A stretch of DNA of 64,000 nucleotides from Magallana gigas (Eukaryota): NCBI RefSeq assembly GCF_963853765.1, contig NC_088858.1, positions 51,460,001 to 51,524,000 of the forward strand, given 5' to 3'. Positions within the stretch are counted from its first letter, which is position 1. Each line of letters opens with the position of its first letter. The translations under genes and the position numbers were made by a program. Under the pieces are notes generated by a model, which was not told where the DNA came from, ran no database searches, and worked only from the letters and a program-made list of their open reading frames with translations. Positions 13,444-26,032 of the stretch are shown here, piece by piece.

Positions 13444-13516
<73 letters not shown>
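13431..13516. repeat. (GA)n microsatellite
   Basis: Long, nearly pure GA run. Confidence 0.97.
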
Positions 13517-13521
<5 letters not shown>

Positions 13522-15268
13522 TATGAAAAGCCATAACAAATTTTATAGCTATATGTCATTTCCCACTTAATGAGTTGTTATAGCTGTTATCATGGTAATG
13601 TTTTGACCATCTCTCAGATACTGCATGTGCCCATACAAAAGTGTAATCTAGGACACATCTTTTGTTTTGATAATGACAGCATTTAGCTTTGTAATGATAG
13701 CTAGAGTATCTTTTTTCTTCTAATATACAGGTTTACCTGCGGCCTCCAGATGATCTGAAGATCAGGAATATAGAAAATATTGTCAATTTGATATTGCTAA
13801 TAACCCAGTCAAGTCTGCTGAAGCCCAGAATGTACTTCTTTGTCATGTAATAAACTTACAACTTGTCCTCCATATTTATACATATTTGGTTTAAGCTGAT
13901 TGAAACCCAAGCAAGGTCATCTAAATAGCTACAATGTCTTGTGTAAAAGGGAAAGGTTTGTATGGGCATCTTGTTGCAAATCTGCATGATTATCTGTATT
14001 TTAAGTGGTGGGAACCTCTGAAAGGAATACCAGGAGTTTGAAAATATCATAAACTTAACGAGATGTGTTTTACATGCACTCTCTGAGAAAATGGGATTTG
14101 CAGAAATCCCATGAATTTCTTATGCTGGAAATATGTTTATCAGATTAGTTTTTGACGCAATCTTATTTTGGTGTACATAGAATGTTGATTTTGAAACTCA
14201 TACAGACATTCATATGTTACATAAGTGATTATGACTTTGATCTTTGTTCAATATATTTAATATCTTTCTGTCCACTGGAAATCTAAATATCTTTGAAGTT
14301 ACACTATTGAAGTTACACATTCATTACATTTATCATGTGTGTGCAGAATTGATTGAGCCAGGTTTCCTGATTTTGTCATATAAGTGATACATTGTAGGCT
14401 TTAAAAAGTATATATCACTTGTGACTTACTGGTATATTAGTACATATTTCATTTGTAAAACCATTTGATAAATTTAAAGTGTTTTGTAGGACTGAAATTG
14501 AATATATACATGTAAGTATTTGATGAGTGCACAGTGTTTGCAAAAATTACATGTAATTCTCTTCACACTTTAAGCTTATTATATTTTAGTTTCCAGACCA
14601 TGACATTAATGAATATTTCTTGAATGGAATACATGAGGATTAGGATGGAACCTTATTCTGCCTTTTTACCAACTCACCCCATCTTTTCAAGATTTATGGA
14701 GCCAACCACAGAAGAATTTGTTCTATACACATCATTCATAACATTCTTATTTGTGTTCACATAATGAATACCAGCAAACTTTTTATCGAGTGCACTTATT
14801 TTGTATTTTTCCTACCCATCCATCTAACATATGTTTTTATATAACATATTCATATACATGTAACATTTTTGGAAACAGCCATTTTTTTAAATTGAAATTT
14901 AGCCTTACTATTTTATACAAATTTTCTTTTATTATGCTCTTTTCTATACAAACAGAACAAAAATACTTAGTTACAATGGGAAATGGACATAATATCTATA
15001 AAAGTGTCTGATAAATGTATAGGTCTTGTTCATGAACAAAAGAAATTGACAGAAAAATATTCAGTTTTAGCCATCAAATACAAATATTAATATTTGTTAA
15101 GAATATTATTTAATCTAAATAAGATATAAAAGTTTTTCCCCCTTTATTCCAATGTTTGGAAACAAATCCAATATATAATTAAAATTGCTGTACAGTATAT
15201 CCTATTGATTCCTATAATATATCATTTTAGTTTCTTGAACAGCATGTTAATTACTTTTTTTTTCTTAA

Positions 15269-15759
15269 AGGGTCATGGTCACAATTTTGGCCAAAAATCA
15301 TTTTTTCGATTTTAATGTTTACAATGCTTCAGTAAGGCATTTTTAATAGGCAACCAAAATTTGAGTGTCATTTGATGAGTTATAAACGAGTTACAGAGAT
15401 TACAATTCTTCACTATGTAAACAAAGCGTTTGTTTACATTTTGAATGTTGGAGTGAAAATTCCAGTTTTAGACCTAAAATGAATGTGTTCATCGTAAGGA
15501 ACTGTTTATTTATGCTTAAAATGAATAATAAGGTAGACAAATCAGCTTTAAAAGATTTTTAATGGTATATAGAATCTATGTAAACAAAAACAGGGCACGA
15601 GTCTTGTTTACATGACGAAGAATTGTAAGCCTTGTGTCTTGCTTAAAACTCAACGACTGGCACCCAAATTCCATTTGATCATTAGAAATGCATTCCTAAA
15701 GCATTGCAAATAATAAAAACAGAAAAATAAAATTTGACCAAAATCGTGACCATGCCCCT
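15269..15759. mobile_element. TTAA-flanked MITE (Kolobok-like)
   Basis: TIRs AGGG(T/G)CATGGTCAC(A/G)ATTTTGG; TTAA on both flanks (15265-68, 15760-63). Confidence 0.8.
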
Positions 15760-15972
15760 TTAAAATGATGTATACAGGGTCAATTAATTTATTTTCATTA
15801 TATTCAACTAGATACAAATAGGTTTTCCTTAAATGGTATGGAGTTTTAATTACCTTTCATATGAAAAAATAACATCAAAATCTTAAATTGCTGTACATTA
15901 TATCATATTCATCTAATGTATCACGTAATTTATGTTGAACTTCGTGTCTATTAGTATTATGATTTTTTTTTG

Positions 15973-16128
15973 AATGATATATGCAATTTCATTAATTTAT
16001 TTTTCCTTTTAAGAAAATTCATTTTAAAAAAGATCTCTTACAACCTGTGTATTTTTTTTATCAATTTACATAATACAGTGTATTAATTGAATGTAGTTGT
16101 GTAGATTTATACATGTACCTACAAGCAA

Positions 16129-16159
<31 letters not shown>

Positions 16160-16322
16160 ATGATATATGCAATTTCATTAATTTATTTTTCATTTTAAGA
16201 AAATTCATTTTAAAAAAGATCTCTTACAACCTGTGTATTATTTTTTTTTTTTTATCAATTTACATAATACAGTGTATTAATTGAATGTAGTTGTGTAGAT
16301 TTATACATGTACCTACAAGCAA

Positions 16323-16392
<70 letters not shown>
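15973..16392 (+). repeat. About 187-bp direct duplication, each copy ending in (ATT)n microsatellite
   Basis: ATGATATATGCAATTTCATTAATTT...TACCTACAAGCAAT occurs at about 15973 and about 16160. The first copy has a short (ATT)n tail, the second a long one. Confidence 0.9.
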
Positions 16393-17740
16393 ACATTTAT
16401 ATAGCGCTAAATATAATTATAATAAAATTACTCTATAGCGCTTTAAAACTACACAATGAGCATACACAAATAAAATTGATTGAGTCATTATAGGCATATA
16501 AATCTATAAAAAGAGGTTTACATATAGAAAATAGGCTAAACAGTTTTTAAAATATTCATAAAACATTTTCAGCACAGATTAAAGACTGAAGATCTAATTA
16601 AACTGATGAAAGGGTATATACATTTAATATTCACCAGATACATGTACCATCCTACTATATTTGATAAATAAATGTACTTCTTTCATGCATTTTTCATGTC
16701 TTTTACTCAATGTGATATGTATTATTTATAATTAAAATACTTTGAAAACTTTTCTCAATTTATTTATTTTGATAAGATTAAGAAAAACAGACTATAGTCA
16801 ATGCACGTTTCAAGAGTTGTCTCTCTTGGGGTCAATAATGAATGCTCCCCAGGGTTCATTACCCTGAATATTGAGTAGGCTGTGAGGTGTGATATAGTTG
16901 TTTACAAAAATTGTAATGTAGAGAATTACAATTTCTTAGACAAAACGACGTGTAAAAAACAATTTAAACTTATTCAATATCTTCAAAAATACTATTATCA
17001 ACAAAAGAAAGATACATTTGATTGAAACTTACACCAATACAACACGTATGTAAAAAATGACAATATTCGAGCTTTGTTTACAAAACAAAGAATTATGAAC
17101 TCTGTATCTTGCTTATAACTTGATATTCGACTTTCAAATTTTGACATAGCATTAAAAACTTTAAAATTTATAAGTATAAACATTGAAAATGGAAAATTAA
17201 AATTTGAAAATTTTAAGTCAAATCGTGTTCAAGTCTCTTTAATGGTCTGGCTACTGACATGAATAATGTTCAGTCCTTCTAGATATGTTCCTCTTTCTGA
17301 TCATATTATATGATACTTCTCTTGTTCCTTTGGGTACAATCCTTTATATCCTCTTGCGGACATATTCTTCTCTGTAAACAAAGGGCTTTTTCCTATCCTG
17401 TGGACATAAATCGACACATTGTCTTTTCTGGTCTAATTAAAAAGAATTTACATCTAGTCTTAGTTTCAATAAACGTATTCAAAACTGTGAAGCTATTTCA
17501 TCATTTGCTTGATTTCAAACTTTTTTTTATTTTCTCATAATTATCAAAAATATTTCCGGTTAATGTGTGACGTCTATTTATTTTTATTATTGAGCATGAA
17601 TAATTTTTTTTCGTTCTGTTGATGTGTTTGGTTAACTATTTAAAAATGATTGTTTTCCAATTGTAAATCTGGGGATTGTTTAGTTGTTGGTTAAAATATA
17701 CAGTCATGGGATTTCAATGTTGTTACATATATAAAACACT
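16330..17740 (-). mobile_element. Highly decayed non-LTR retrotransposon 3' end with (TAA)n tail
   Basis: Microsatellite tail followed by AACATTTATATAGCGC. The minus strand has a relic LFCKQSSNIVIFY resembling the CxFC...HLF zinc knuckle of L1/Tx1-type ORF2. No intact ORF. Confidence 0.35.
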
Positions 17741-17742
17741 AT

Positions 17743-18219
17743 ACTCTGTTCCGAGTTTTTGCTTCAACCACTTTTTGCTTGATATTTCAATAATAGTAAA
17801 TACTTTTGTGCTCAAACTACGTTCATCCACTAATATAAAAAATGTCCAGATTATCTGTTTTGAAACGCCCCCTCTACCGCCTCAGGTTTCAATACACATC
17901 CCGAAATTGAAAGTCTACGGAGATTTTGCATTGCAACAGCCATTAATAAGCCCGGATGATAACGTTAAATAATTGCGCGATGTATTCCGAGTGTATTCCG
18001 AATGGAGAGAAGATGTAAACATTCCCCATTATAAATCTCCGTAAGGAATCTGTTTTCGTTCCTGTTGATTTTTCTGAGTGGAAAGGGATAATTGTTAAAT
18101 GAAGATATCTTGGATATATTCCCTTTTAACGATTTCAACTGTACTTCTTCCACAGGTATGTGTAATTTTATTAAAAATCATCAAAAAGCGATGGAAGCAA
18201 TAACTTGGGACAGACTATA
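17743..18219 (+). repeat. Dispersed repeat, copy of 5072-5548
   Basis: About 477-bp near-identical match; the ORF track shows the same VLKLRSSTNIK...ISPDDNVK translation twice. Confidence 0.9.
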
Positions 18220-18484
18220 TTTATCCATGTTTTGATAGAGAAGTTCTTTTTCTGATTTGGAAGAAGTGATCCTATTTCTCTTTTTCTTTTGTTGCAACTC
18301 TACACTTTAATCTTATTTCTATCCTGATTTCACAAATTAAAATGTTCATTCCATCTGCCAAAGCTTTCACGTATATATAATATATTATGCTTTTCCAAAC
18401 GGATTTGGGTCAAAGATATTTTATTGGTCTGTTTGGCAGTGATTGATATCATTACTTTTTTATGACTGCGTTTATCATGTTAGG

Positions 18485-18627
18485 NNNNNNNNNNNNNNNN
18501 NNNNNNNNNNNNNNNNNNNNNNNNNNNNNNNNNNNNNNNNNNNNNNNNNNNNNNNNNNNNNNNNNNNNNNNNNNNNNNNNNNNNNNNNNNNNNNNNNNNN
18601 NNNNNNNNNNNNNNNNNNNNNNNNNNN
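18485..18627. other. Assembly gap (N run)
   Basis: Run of N. Confidence 1.
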
Positions 18628-18742
18628 TCGGAAACTTGTAAACAATTAAATCTTATTTCCATTCCACTTCCTTATTCCATTTATTTTTTTTGTCATATTT
18701 TTTCCAATTTAATACGATGTAGTCGTAATTTGATATAGTATA

Positions 18743-19005
18743 TGTATGGCACGCCAAATTCACAAAAATGAGCTAAACATAGTCTCACAGTCGATAAACT
18801 AGGTTTATTAAGGAATACAAGCAAATGAGATATTTTGGCGTTTTGAATTGTATTTTTTACAACTAGGTTTCACAGATGTGAAATATAGATTAACGTCGGT
18901 AACTATAGTTTACGATCCGTAAACTATAGTTAACAGCTGATAAACCTAGTTTATCGACTGTGAAACTATGTTTAGCTCATTTTTGTGAATTTGGCGTGCC
19001 ATACA
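18743..19005. mobile_element. MITE with long TIRs (about 70 bp) and TA flanks
   Basis: TGTATGGCACGCCAAATTCACAAAAATGAGCTAAACATAGT is mirrored at the right end. Related copies lie at 55280-55390 and 55530-56850. Confidence 0.8.
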
Positions 19006-20170
19006 TATGTACTCTATAGCTGATGGCATATACTCCTTTTAATCTGCACACTGCATATACTAAAAAATTTTTCCATAAGCATTTACAATGATCTTTTTCT
19101 CTCCCTCAAAATAATATTTTGTGTTCCATTCTAATTTCAGGGGGCCCATGTAGTAAGGAAACCATTCCTGTTGCATGGACATATGCATATGATTATTCGT
19201 TTTCTAATAACTCAAAAAATGTAACTTTTTAAGTCCTTAAGTATTTCGTATATATTACAATTTAGATAACTTTCGTTCTTCATTTGGTCATTGTGAAAAT
19301 GTAAATGCACATATGTCAATATAATTATCATTATCTCCTTGCTATCTCCCATATGCATGCACGGAGACGTCCTTACTATTTTTAGTAGCTACACGCTGTT
19401 CGGGAAGATAATGGAACGATCGAGTGTCACCTTAAACAACACCTAGAGTTTTCCGAGTAAATATGTTTACTAATATAAAATTGTTTTAAAATTTTTTTTA
19501 TTGAAGAATAAGAATTTTAAAATGTTCAATATTTAACTGTGCTACTTTTAAATCGATTATTATATAAACGGATTTTGAAAAATAAAGTTACTGATCAAAC
19601 TTTTATTCGTTCCTCCTTATTCAAGAAATAATATAAAACTAGAAATGATTTTAGTGAATATAATTTGAATTTCCATTTAAATGCTTTGAGCTGAAAGTAA
19701 ATCTATCAGGCTTTCTGTACGAGTTGTACAATGTTTTAGAAAGGTTAAGAAAGAAAGTCAGTGTAATCAAAACGCTGACATAAGCTTTCTTGTTGATAGT
19801 AGACTTATGTATGTTCAAACCATGACCCCATCCCCTTAATAGCACAGGAAAAGGATCAAGATAGAGTTCAAAGTTCAAGATAGAAAACAATTTTAAAAAG
19901 CTGTCCAGCATGAGGACGTTTCAAGTCAGTCCATGCCATAACTCTCAGGGGTAAAACGGATCACAACTGGGTATAGAAATTCGAGAAATGTTGAAATATA
20001 TAAGAAAGAGAATAAAGTTTTTGATTTTGATATTAAAGTATTCTTGAAAACTTATTGTTATTGCTTTGTTTCTTTCCCTCTATTATCAATTTTTCATCTT
20101 TCCCTTTTTGCAAAAACGCTTAAGCAATTTCAATAAAACTTTCAGATCTCACTATAGACGAAAGTTTTAA

Positions 20171-20512
20171 GGTACCTCACTACACCTTGAAATAGTTTGT
20201 CAAATCAGCAGAAATTTACTTGATTAGAAAAGAAAGAATGATGGATAAGAATTATATATATCAAAGAGGCGAGAAAATGTGCAATTTTAGATAAAAAATG
20301 ATATTTTCAAAAATGTCATTCAGTAAACATGAGCAAAAGCACCAAGTGGATTCGAACTCATTACCTGCGGTTCACAAGCCTGATACTTTAACCACTGAGC
20401 TATGACGATATACATCTGAATCGATTGATACAAACAGTTTAACAAAACATTTAAATCGCCATCTTGTGACGTAGTGTCTTAAAAAGTATAAGTCTCAGTG
20501 TAGTGAAGTACC
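20171..20512. mobile_element. TTAA-flanked TIR element (Kolobok-like) carrying a tRNA-like cassette
   Basis: TIRs GGTAC(C/T)TCACTACAC; TTAA at 20167-70 and 20513-16; second degenerate copy at 58807-59095. Confidence 0.8.
20343..20408 (-). other. tRNA-derived sequence (Pol III A and B boxes), not an intact tRNA
   Basis: Minus strand: TAGCTCAGTGG (A box) ... CTTGTGAA loop ... GAGTTCGAATCC (B box). The acceptor and anticodon stems do not pair convincingly. Confidence 0.65.
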
Positions 20513-21745
20513 TTAAGAAAATCACACATCACCTTTTTTTGGTCGTCACTTCCGACCCGAGATATTTAAGATTTTATGCTTTTGCTTATCCATGATTTTT
20601 TCTAAAAAGGATCAAAGATAAAACATTCAAATTTTAAGTGATATTAGATAGTCTCTAGCCGCAGTGCCATCAGTAGTATGGCTCTTTCAGTAGACCTACT
20701 TAAACTATTTTGGACCCATTCTGGTTTAAATACAATTATTTTACATCTGGTCTGAATATTAATAAACATATTTCAGGAAAAAAGGGTTTACGTCATTTGC
20801 TTGATTCAAACTGTTGTTTTACTTTGATGTGTCGTGGTCTATTCTTTCTGGTTTTATGAATGATTTAGTATTCGTTATTCATTTGTAGATTTGAGGAATT
20901 TTGTTGTTGATTGAAATATACATGGTAATTCAATGTTATTGCAGAGATGAAGTTATCCATATTTTTATCAAGAAGTGATTATATCTGAAGATTTGACTTT
21001 CTTTGCTCTTACTACGCTCTTCACTTCCTTGTTCCTATTCAGCCATTTTCTTGAGTCGAAGTCAATATATAATTTTTTAGTATGAATCCCCTCTCTAAAA
21101 TGAGGTCTCTTTTCTGACCCATATGGTATAACATGTCAAAAGAGGCACACATCAAATAAGCTTACTTCCATAATATTGCCAGCTTTTGAAAGAATTTTTT
21201 TTATATTTTTTTATTTTTTATTTTCCCCTAATAAATGTATTTCTTTAATGAGCCTTGAATTTTGATTGAAGATTCCTACTGACCCTTCGGTAATATTGTA
21301 GACTGAATTAACTTGAATATTCGGAATCACATTCAAAGAAGTTTAGGGAAAATTGTTCAAGATCCACCATAACTAAATGGATGACGGACGACAGGTAATC
21401 TGCAAAGCTCTCTCAAACGTTGGGTTTTTATTTGAATCTCCAGGTTAAAAGTTAACTGATAGCGTGCATTGAAGTTTTATTTCACTTTAGTGAATGCATG
21501 TGTTATTATTGCGGTGACAAATATCAGTTCTTATCGCTTAGTTGCACTTACCCATCGACATGTCAAAGATAACGAGAATTCACCACCATACACAACTGCA
21601 ACAAGGGGTATTCAGATGATTGGTACACCGGGATAGAGGAGAGGTCATTCAATTTTAAGCATTTTCACCTGGTTGTCTAACCTTGTGAAGATTTTAGTGG
21701 ACCAGTGGCGTTTTTCTGTCCAGGTATAAAATCTACCCGGCCAGC

Positions 21746-22723
21746 ATGAAATCCACCGCCAAAATTATTTCCATATTTGTTCTTTTCTTTGCAACTTTTC
21801 TGATTGGGATTTTACCTCATGGATTGCTTCGTCTTCTGAAGAGCAAATTTTTCAAAGAGAGGCTATATCAGCGTTACATTAGCGTGTTGAACTGCTTCGC
21901 TGGTGGCGTCTTCTTTGCGACAGCTATTTTACACTTAATTCCAGAATCGTCGGAACTTTTACATGGAATGTTCAAAATCCAGTACCCAGTATCAGGGGCC
22001 CTGTCAGGCGCAGGATTTTTTCTTCTTTTGTTCATCGAACACTTCATTGGCGCTTGCCAAGGTTCTAGTCACCATTTTACTATGGAAAATACTGAAATTG
22101 TCGTCAACGATGTTGAATTAACAAAAGTAACAACATCAGATGATAAACACAAGAGCCCAACAGATGAAAGTAAGATGGATAGCGACAAACATACACAAGC
22201 TGAAAAGAAATTAGATCAAATGGTGGAACGTGAAAAAACTATAGCGAAGGAAGAACACACTTTGTCTAAACTCAGGGCGTTTGTTTTACTTTTAGCTTTT
22301 TCCTTCCATATGGTTTTCGAAGGACTGGCTTTGGGGCTGGAGCAAACAGAGTCGGGAGTATGGAGTCTACTGGGAATTCTGGCCCTCCACAAGTGTGTGG
22401 TGGCGTTCAGTGTGGGTCTCCAGCTCAGTGAGAACCTGCATACGTTTAAGTCTGTCATTGCGTCCTTGGCGGCGTTCTCTGCTGTAGCCCCTGTTGGGGT
22501 TGTCCTTGGTTTTCTGGTGACAGAATATGGAGACAACGAGCATGCACAAGTGATTGCCGCCGGTGTGCTTCAGAGTTTGGCCACCGGCACGTTTTTCTAC
22601 GTGACATTTTTTGAGATCTTGCAGAAGGAATTAACGCATGGACACAATCTGTATAATGTTCTCTCTACTGTTGTGGGGTTTTCAGTCGTGGTGGGGGTGG
22701 AGTTTTTACATGACAGTGAATAG
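21746..22723 (+). CDS. ZIP zinc transporter, SLC39A1/2/3-like (subfamily II), 325 aa, single coding exon
   Basis: Eight hydrophobic segments; CFAGGVFFAT..LHLIPE, FHMVFEGLALG (TM4), LHK (TM5), GTFFYVTFFEIL. Splice acceptor TTTTTCTGTCCAG at 21711-21723 just upstream of the ATG implies a non-coding first exon. Confidence 0.95.
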   Translation: MKSTAKIISIFVLFFATFLIGILPHGLLRLLKSKFFKERLYQRYISVLNCFAGGVFFATAILHLIPESSELLHGMFKIQYPVSGALSGAGFFLLLFIEHFIGACQGSSHHFTMENTEIVVNDVELTKVTTSDDKHKSPTDESKMDSDKHTQAEKKLDQMVEREKTIAKEEHTLSKLRAFVLLLAFSFHMVFEGLALGLEQTESGVWSLLGILALHKCVVAFSVGLQLSENLHTFKSVIASLAAFSAVAPVGVVLGFLVTEYGDNEHAQVIAAGVLQSLATGTFFYVTFFEILQKELTHGHNLYNVLSTVVGFSVVVGVEFLHDSE

Positions 22724-23970
22724 GGATGATATATCTTGATAAAGTAAGAATACTCAAAGTATTAGCATGTCAAGGAGTTACTAGAATGTTTTGTCAAACA
22801 GTGTTTTATTTTCTGTATGTATGTCATCTAGATGTATCGAAAAAGGAATGGCTTAATATAAGATATAACAGTTCGTTAATAAATTGTGAAATTGTTGAAA
22901 TCTTATTGGTGATATTTAACACTTGCACACTTGCTACTTTTAAACTAAAATATTGTTAGAGTCAGCATGTATGAAAAATGTTTTTTAATTTCACCAATAT
23001 GTTAGAGTTTTGTATATAAAACGGCCATCTATATACCTATCAGTATACAAGTATTTGGAAAAATTCATTGAATGGTTGATATCCAGACTCCTTTCATCCG
23101 GACAACTTCAGATTAATACAGCAACATTTTCATAACACAAAAGCTTTCACATAAAAATCGTTTTGTTACTTTGGATTATTTTTATCACATTTTATTAGTT
23201 AAATGCTGAAAGCAAAATGATGCATTCCGTAATAGTTGTGAAAGTGTTTAGATAAGAAAGATATCCATGGCTTGGGTGCCATAGAACGGGTCTATACTTC
23301 GTTGTCACAAAGTCTAGAAGAAAATATATATTGTTGGAATAGATACACCTATAATTCATTAAATCTAGCATACGGTTGAGCCCGTGTGTTTTTCTAATCT
23401 TGTAATAAAATGTTGGATTTTCAATTTTTAATACAAAAAAACTGATGGTGAAATATTAAATCATAATCTTATGAGATGTAGTTCTTATTAATGTATTGTC
23501 ACATCATACATAGATCCAGTGAAAACGAACAAGGTCAGTCTTATGTATAGACATAGGGTGACATTTTCCAGGTGAAGGTCACCAACACCTGTCCATCTAA
23601 TCACCTAGTCTACCTGTATTTGATTTGTCAAAGATTTGATAACAAAACTCATCGGCTGGTATTCACATATTGTAAAGAAAAACAAAAATTGAGAATATGT
23701 GCCATATAGAAGAAAAGACGTCATATAATTAACATACAAATATAAATTACATGTAACTAGTTACACAAAGAAATATAATTGCATTCTTTTAATGTTTTCC
23801 TAAAGTTTGATTTATGTATAGATTGATTTTTTTTTATTTAGCATATTATATTAAATTACTTTTCATGTATAAAATCTAAAAGTTTACCATATCTAAAATT
23901 TATACATTGTACTTTATAATTGGTTGAATTTTGTTCGGGTATCAATGCAAATTATTTTTTTTTATATTCT

Positions 23971-24451
23971 TAGGAATTTTTCTTCTCTTGTTCATAGAAC
24001 ACTTGATTGGCTCTCGTCAATGTCCTGGTCACCATTTTACGATGAAAGTACTGAAATTGTCGTCAATGACGTTGACTTAACAAAAATAACAACACTGAAA
24101 GATGCTGATGGAAGCCAGATATGTAAAAGATGAAAAGCGACAAACATGTAGAGCTCAAAAAGGAACTGGATTAAAAAGTGAGACGTGGAAAAACTATAGC
24201 AAAGGAAGAACATACTCCTTCCAAAGTCAGGGCGTTTGTTTATAACTTCTAGCTCATTTTTCTAGGGTCTGGCTTTGGAGCTATGTCATGTTGTAGTATT
24301 TGCTGCCACACAGCTGGAGCACACAGAGTCGGGAGTATGGAGTCTGCTGGGGATCCTGGCCCGCCGCAAGTGTGTGGGTGGTGGCGTTCAGTGTGGGTAT
24401 CCAGCTCAGTGAGAACCTGCACACGTTAAAGTCCGTCATTACATCCCTGGA
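23971..24451 (+). pseudogene. Decayed tandem paralog of the ZIP gene (central part only)
   Basis: Aligns to about 22011-22470 (TTGTTCAT.GAACACTT.ATTGG; GAAATTGTCGTCAA.GA.GTTGA; GGCGTTCAGTGTGGGT.TCCAGCTCAGTGAGAACCTGCA) with indels and stops. Confidence 0.9.
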
Positions 24452-24697
24452 GTGTCAAAGAGTTACAAGAAAGATTAATCTGATTCTTTTGTTAACAATA
24501 CATTTCGGTGAAACATTTTCCACGAAAGCATCCTTGATAGATTAAAATCCAAAATTTGATATAATAAGACATATCTTACTTTCAACAGCTTTGAAAATCT
24601 GCCAAATGTCTATACATGTGTAGTACTCTCAAAGTTTTTTTCCTGAAATTTAATGATGGAATGTTCTATTAAAGTAAGGTTTTTTTTGTATGTATGC

Positions 24698-25425
24698 CAT
24701 CTACAATGAAGCGCATTGAAGTGGTAAAATTTTTCGTTTTAATGGAATGTTCCAAACTTTGTATTAGGGGGGATGTTTTCTCTAATTCAACTTTGTATTG
24801 AATGTCAATTGTTACATAAGTCACGCCCATTTCTTTTAAAAACGAGGAAAATAGCATTCGTTACAATGTATATGTACCTTCTTAGACGTACCGTTTCCAT
24901 ACTTTAAGACGGTTTTAACCCGCACTTTTAATATCCTTGGGGGTTAATACTCCCAATTGCACTTCACAATGCATCAGTTTTTGCCATTCTCTTTTGGTTA
25001 CCGAATTAACTAGAATCTTAGAACATTTTGGCATGTATAACTGGGTTTTGTTTGATATTTGAAATACAAATAAATCTAAGAACATTTTCATTTTGAAAGA
25101 AAAAAATGGGTATTAAAATCGACATAAAACTGATCCGGTGCGTGCACAAATGGTGAGATTTCTTGTTTTACCCCTGGACCCTGGCAATGTTGACAAAAGC
25201 TGCATTCCGATATTTAATAATATATAATTACATGTATGTCTTTATATTGTTTATGAAATCATCTTTATAGTATTAAACGGGGTACACTTCAAAACATTGA
25301 ATTGCAAATTCCTCGTTTCAAAAGAAATGGGCGTGTCTTATGTAACAATTGACGCTCGATACAAAGTTTAGAACATTCCATTCAAACGCAAACTTTTACC
25401 ACTTCAATGCGCTTCATTGTAGATG
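24698..25425. mobile_element. Element bounded by about 120-150-bp imperfect inverted repeats
   Basis: CATCTACAATGAAGCGCATTGAAGTGGTAAAA...CACGCCCATTTCTTTT.AAACGAGG (24698-24846) is mirrored at 25311-25425. Confidence 0.7.
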
Positions 25426-25872
25426 TATGTCTATTGATTAAGGAATTGCCCAAATACCGGTATAAGATACTTCCGATCGTTCAAAAATTATGTAATGCTT
25501 GACATCATATTGGTAATATCAAACACTTGCTTATGATAACACATGCTATCTTGTACAACTTTTAAAAATGATGTTAAGTTCCACGGATATGTCAGTATTT
25601 TTGTATAAAAAGCTATCCGCTAATCTACCAGTATTCAAGTATAAAGGAAAAAAATCATTTAACGGTAAATATCCAGTCTTTCTTAAGCTAGACAATTTCG
25701 GATCAATACTGCAACATTTTCATAGCAAAGGAGTCTTTCCTATTGTGGCTTGGGATTATTTACATTAAATGCAGAAAGTAAAGTGATGCATTCCGTAATA
25801 GTTGTGAAAGTGCTGTGATAGAAAGATATTTATGGGATGGGTGTTTTATAACGGGTCTGTGCTATGTTGTAA

Positions 25873-26032
25873 NNNNNNNNNNNNNNNNNNNNNNNNNNNN
25901 NNNNNNNNNNNNNNNNNNNNNNNNNNNNNNNNNNNNNNNNNNNNNNNNNNNNNNNNNNNNNNNNNNNNNNNNNNNNNNNNNNNNNNNNNNNNNNNNNNNN
26001 NNNNNNNNNNNNNNNNNNNNNNNNNNNNNNNN
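25873..26032. other. Assembly gap (N run)
   Basis: Run of N. Confidence 1.

Noticed and set aside
13354-13539. SLSLSL ORF (and ERERER ORF at 31131-31316)
   Set aside because: Microsatellite translations.
20343-20408. Candidate tRNA gene
   Set aside because: Stems do not pair properly and it sits inside a TIR element; treated as tRNA-derived.
22216-22549. Minus-strand ORFs of 106 and 60 aa
   Set aside because: Antisense to the ZIP coding sequence.
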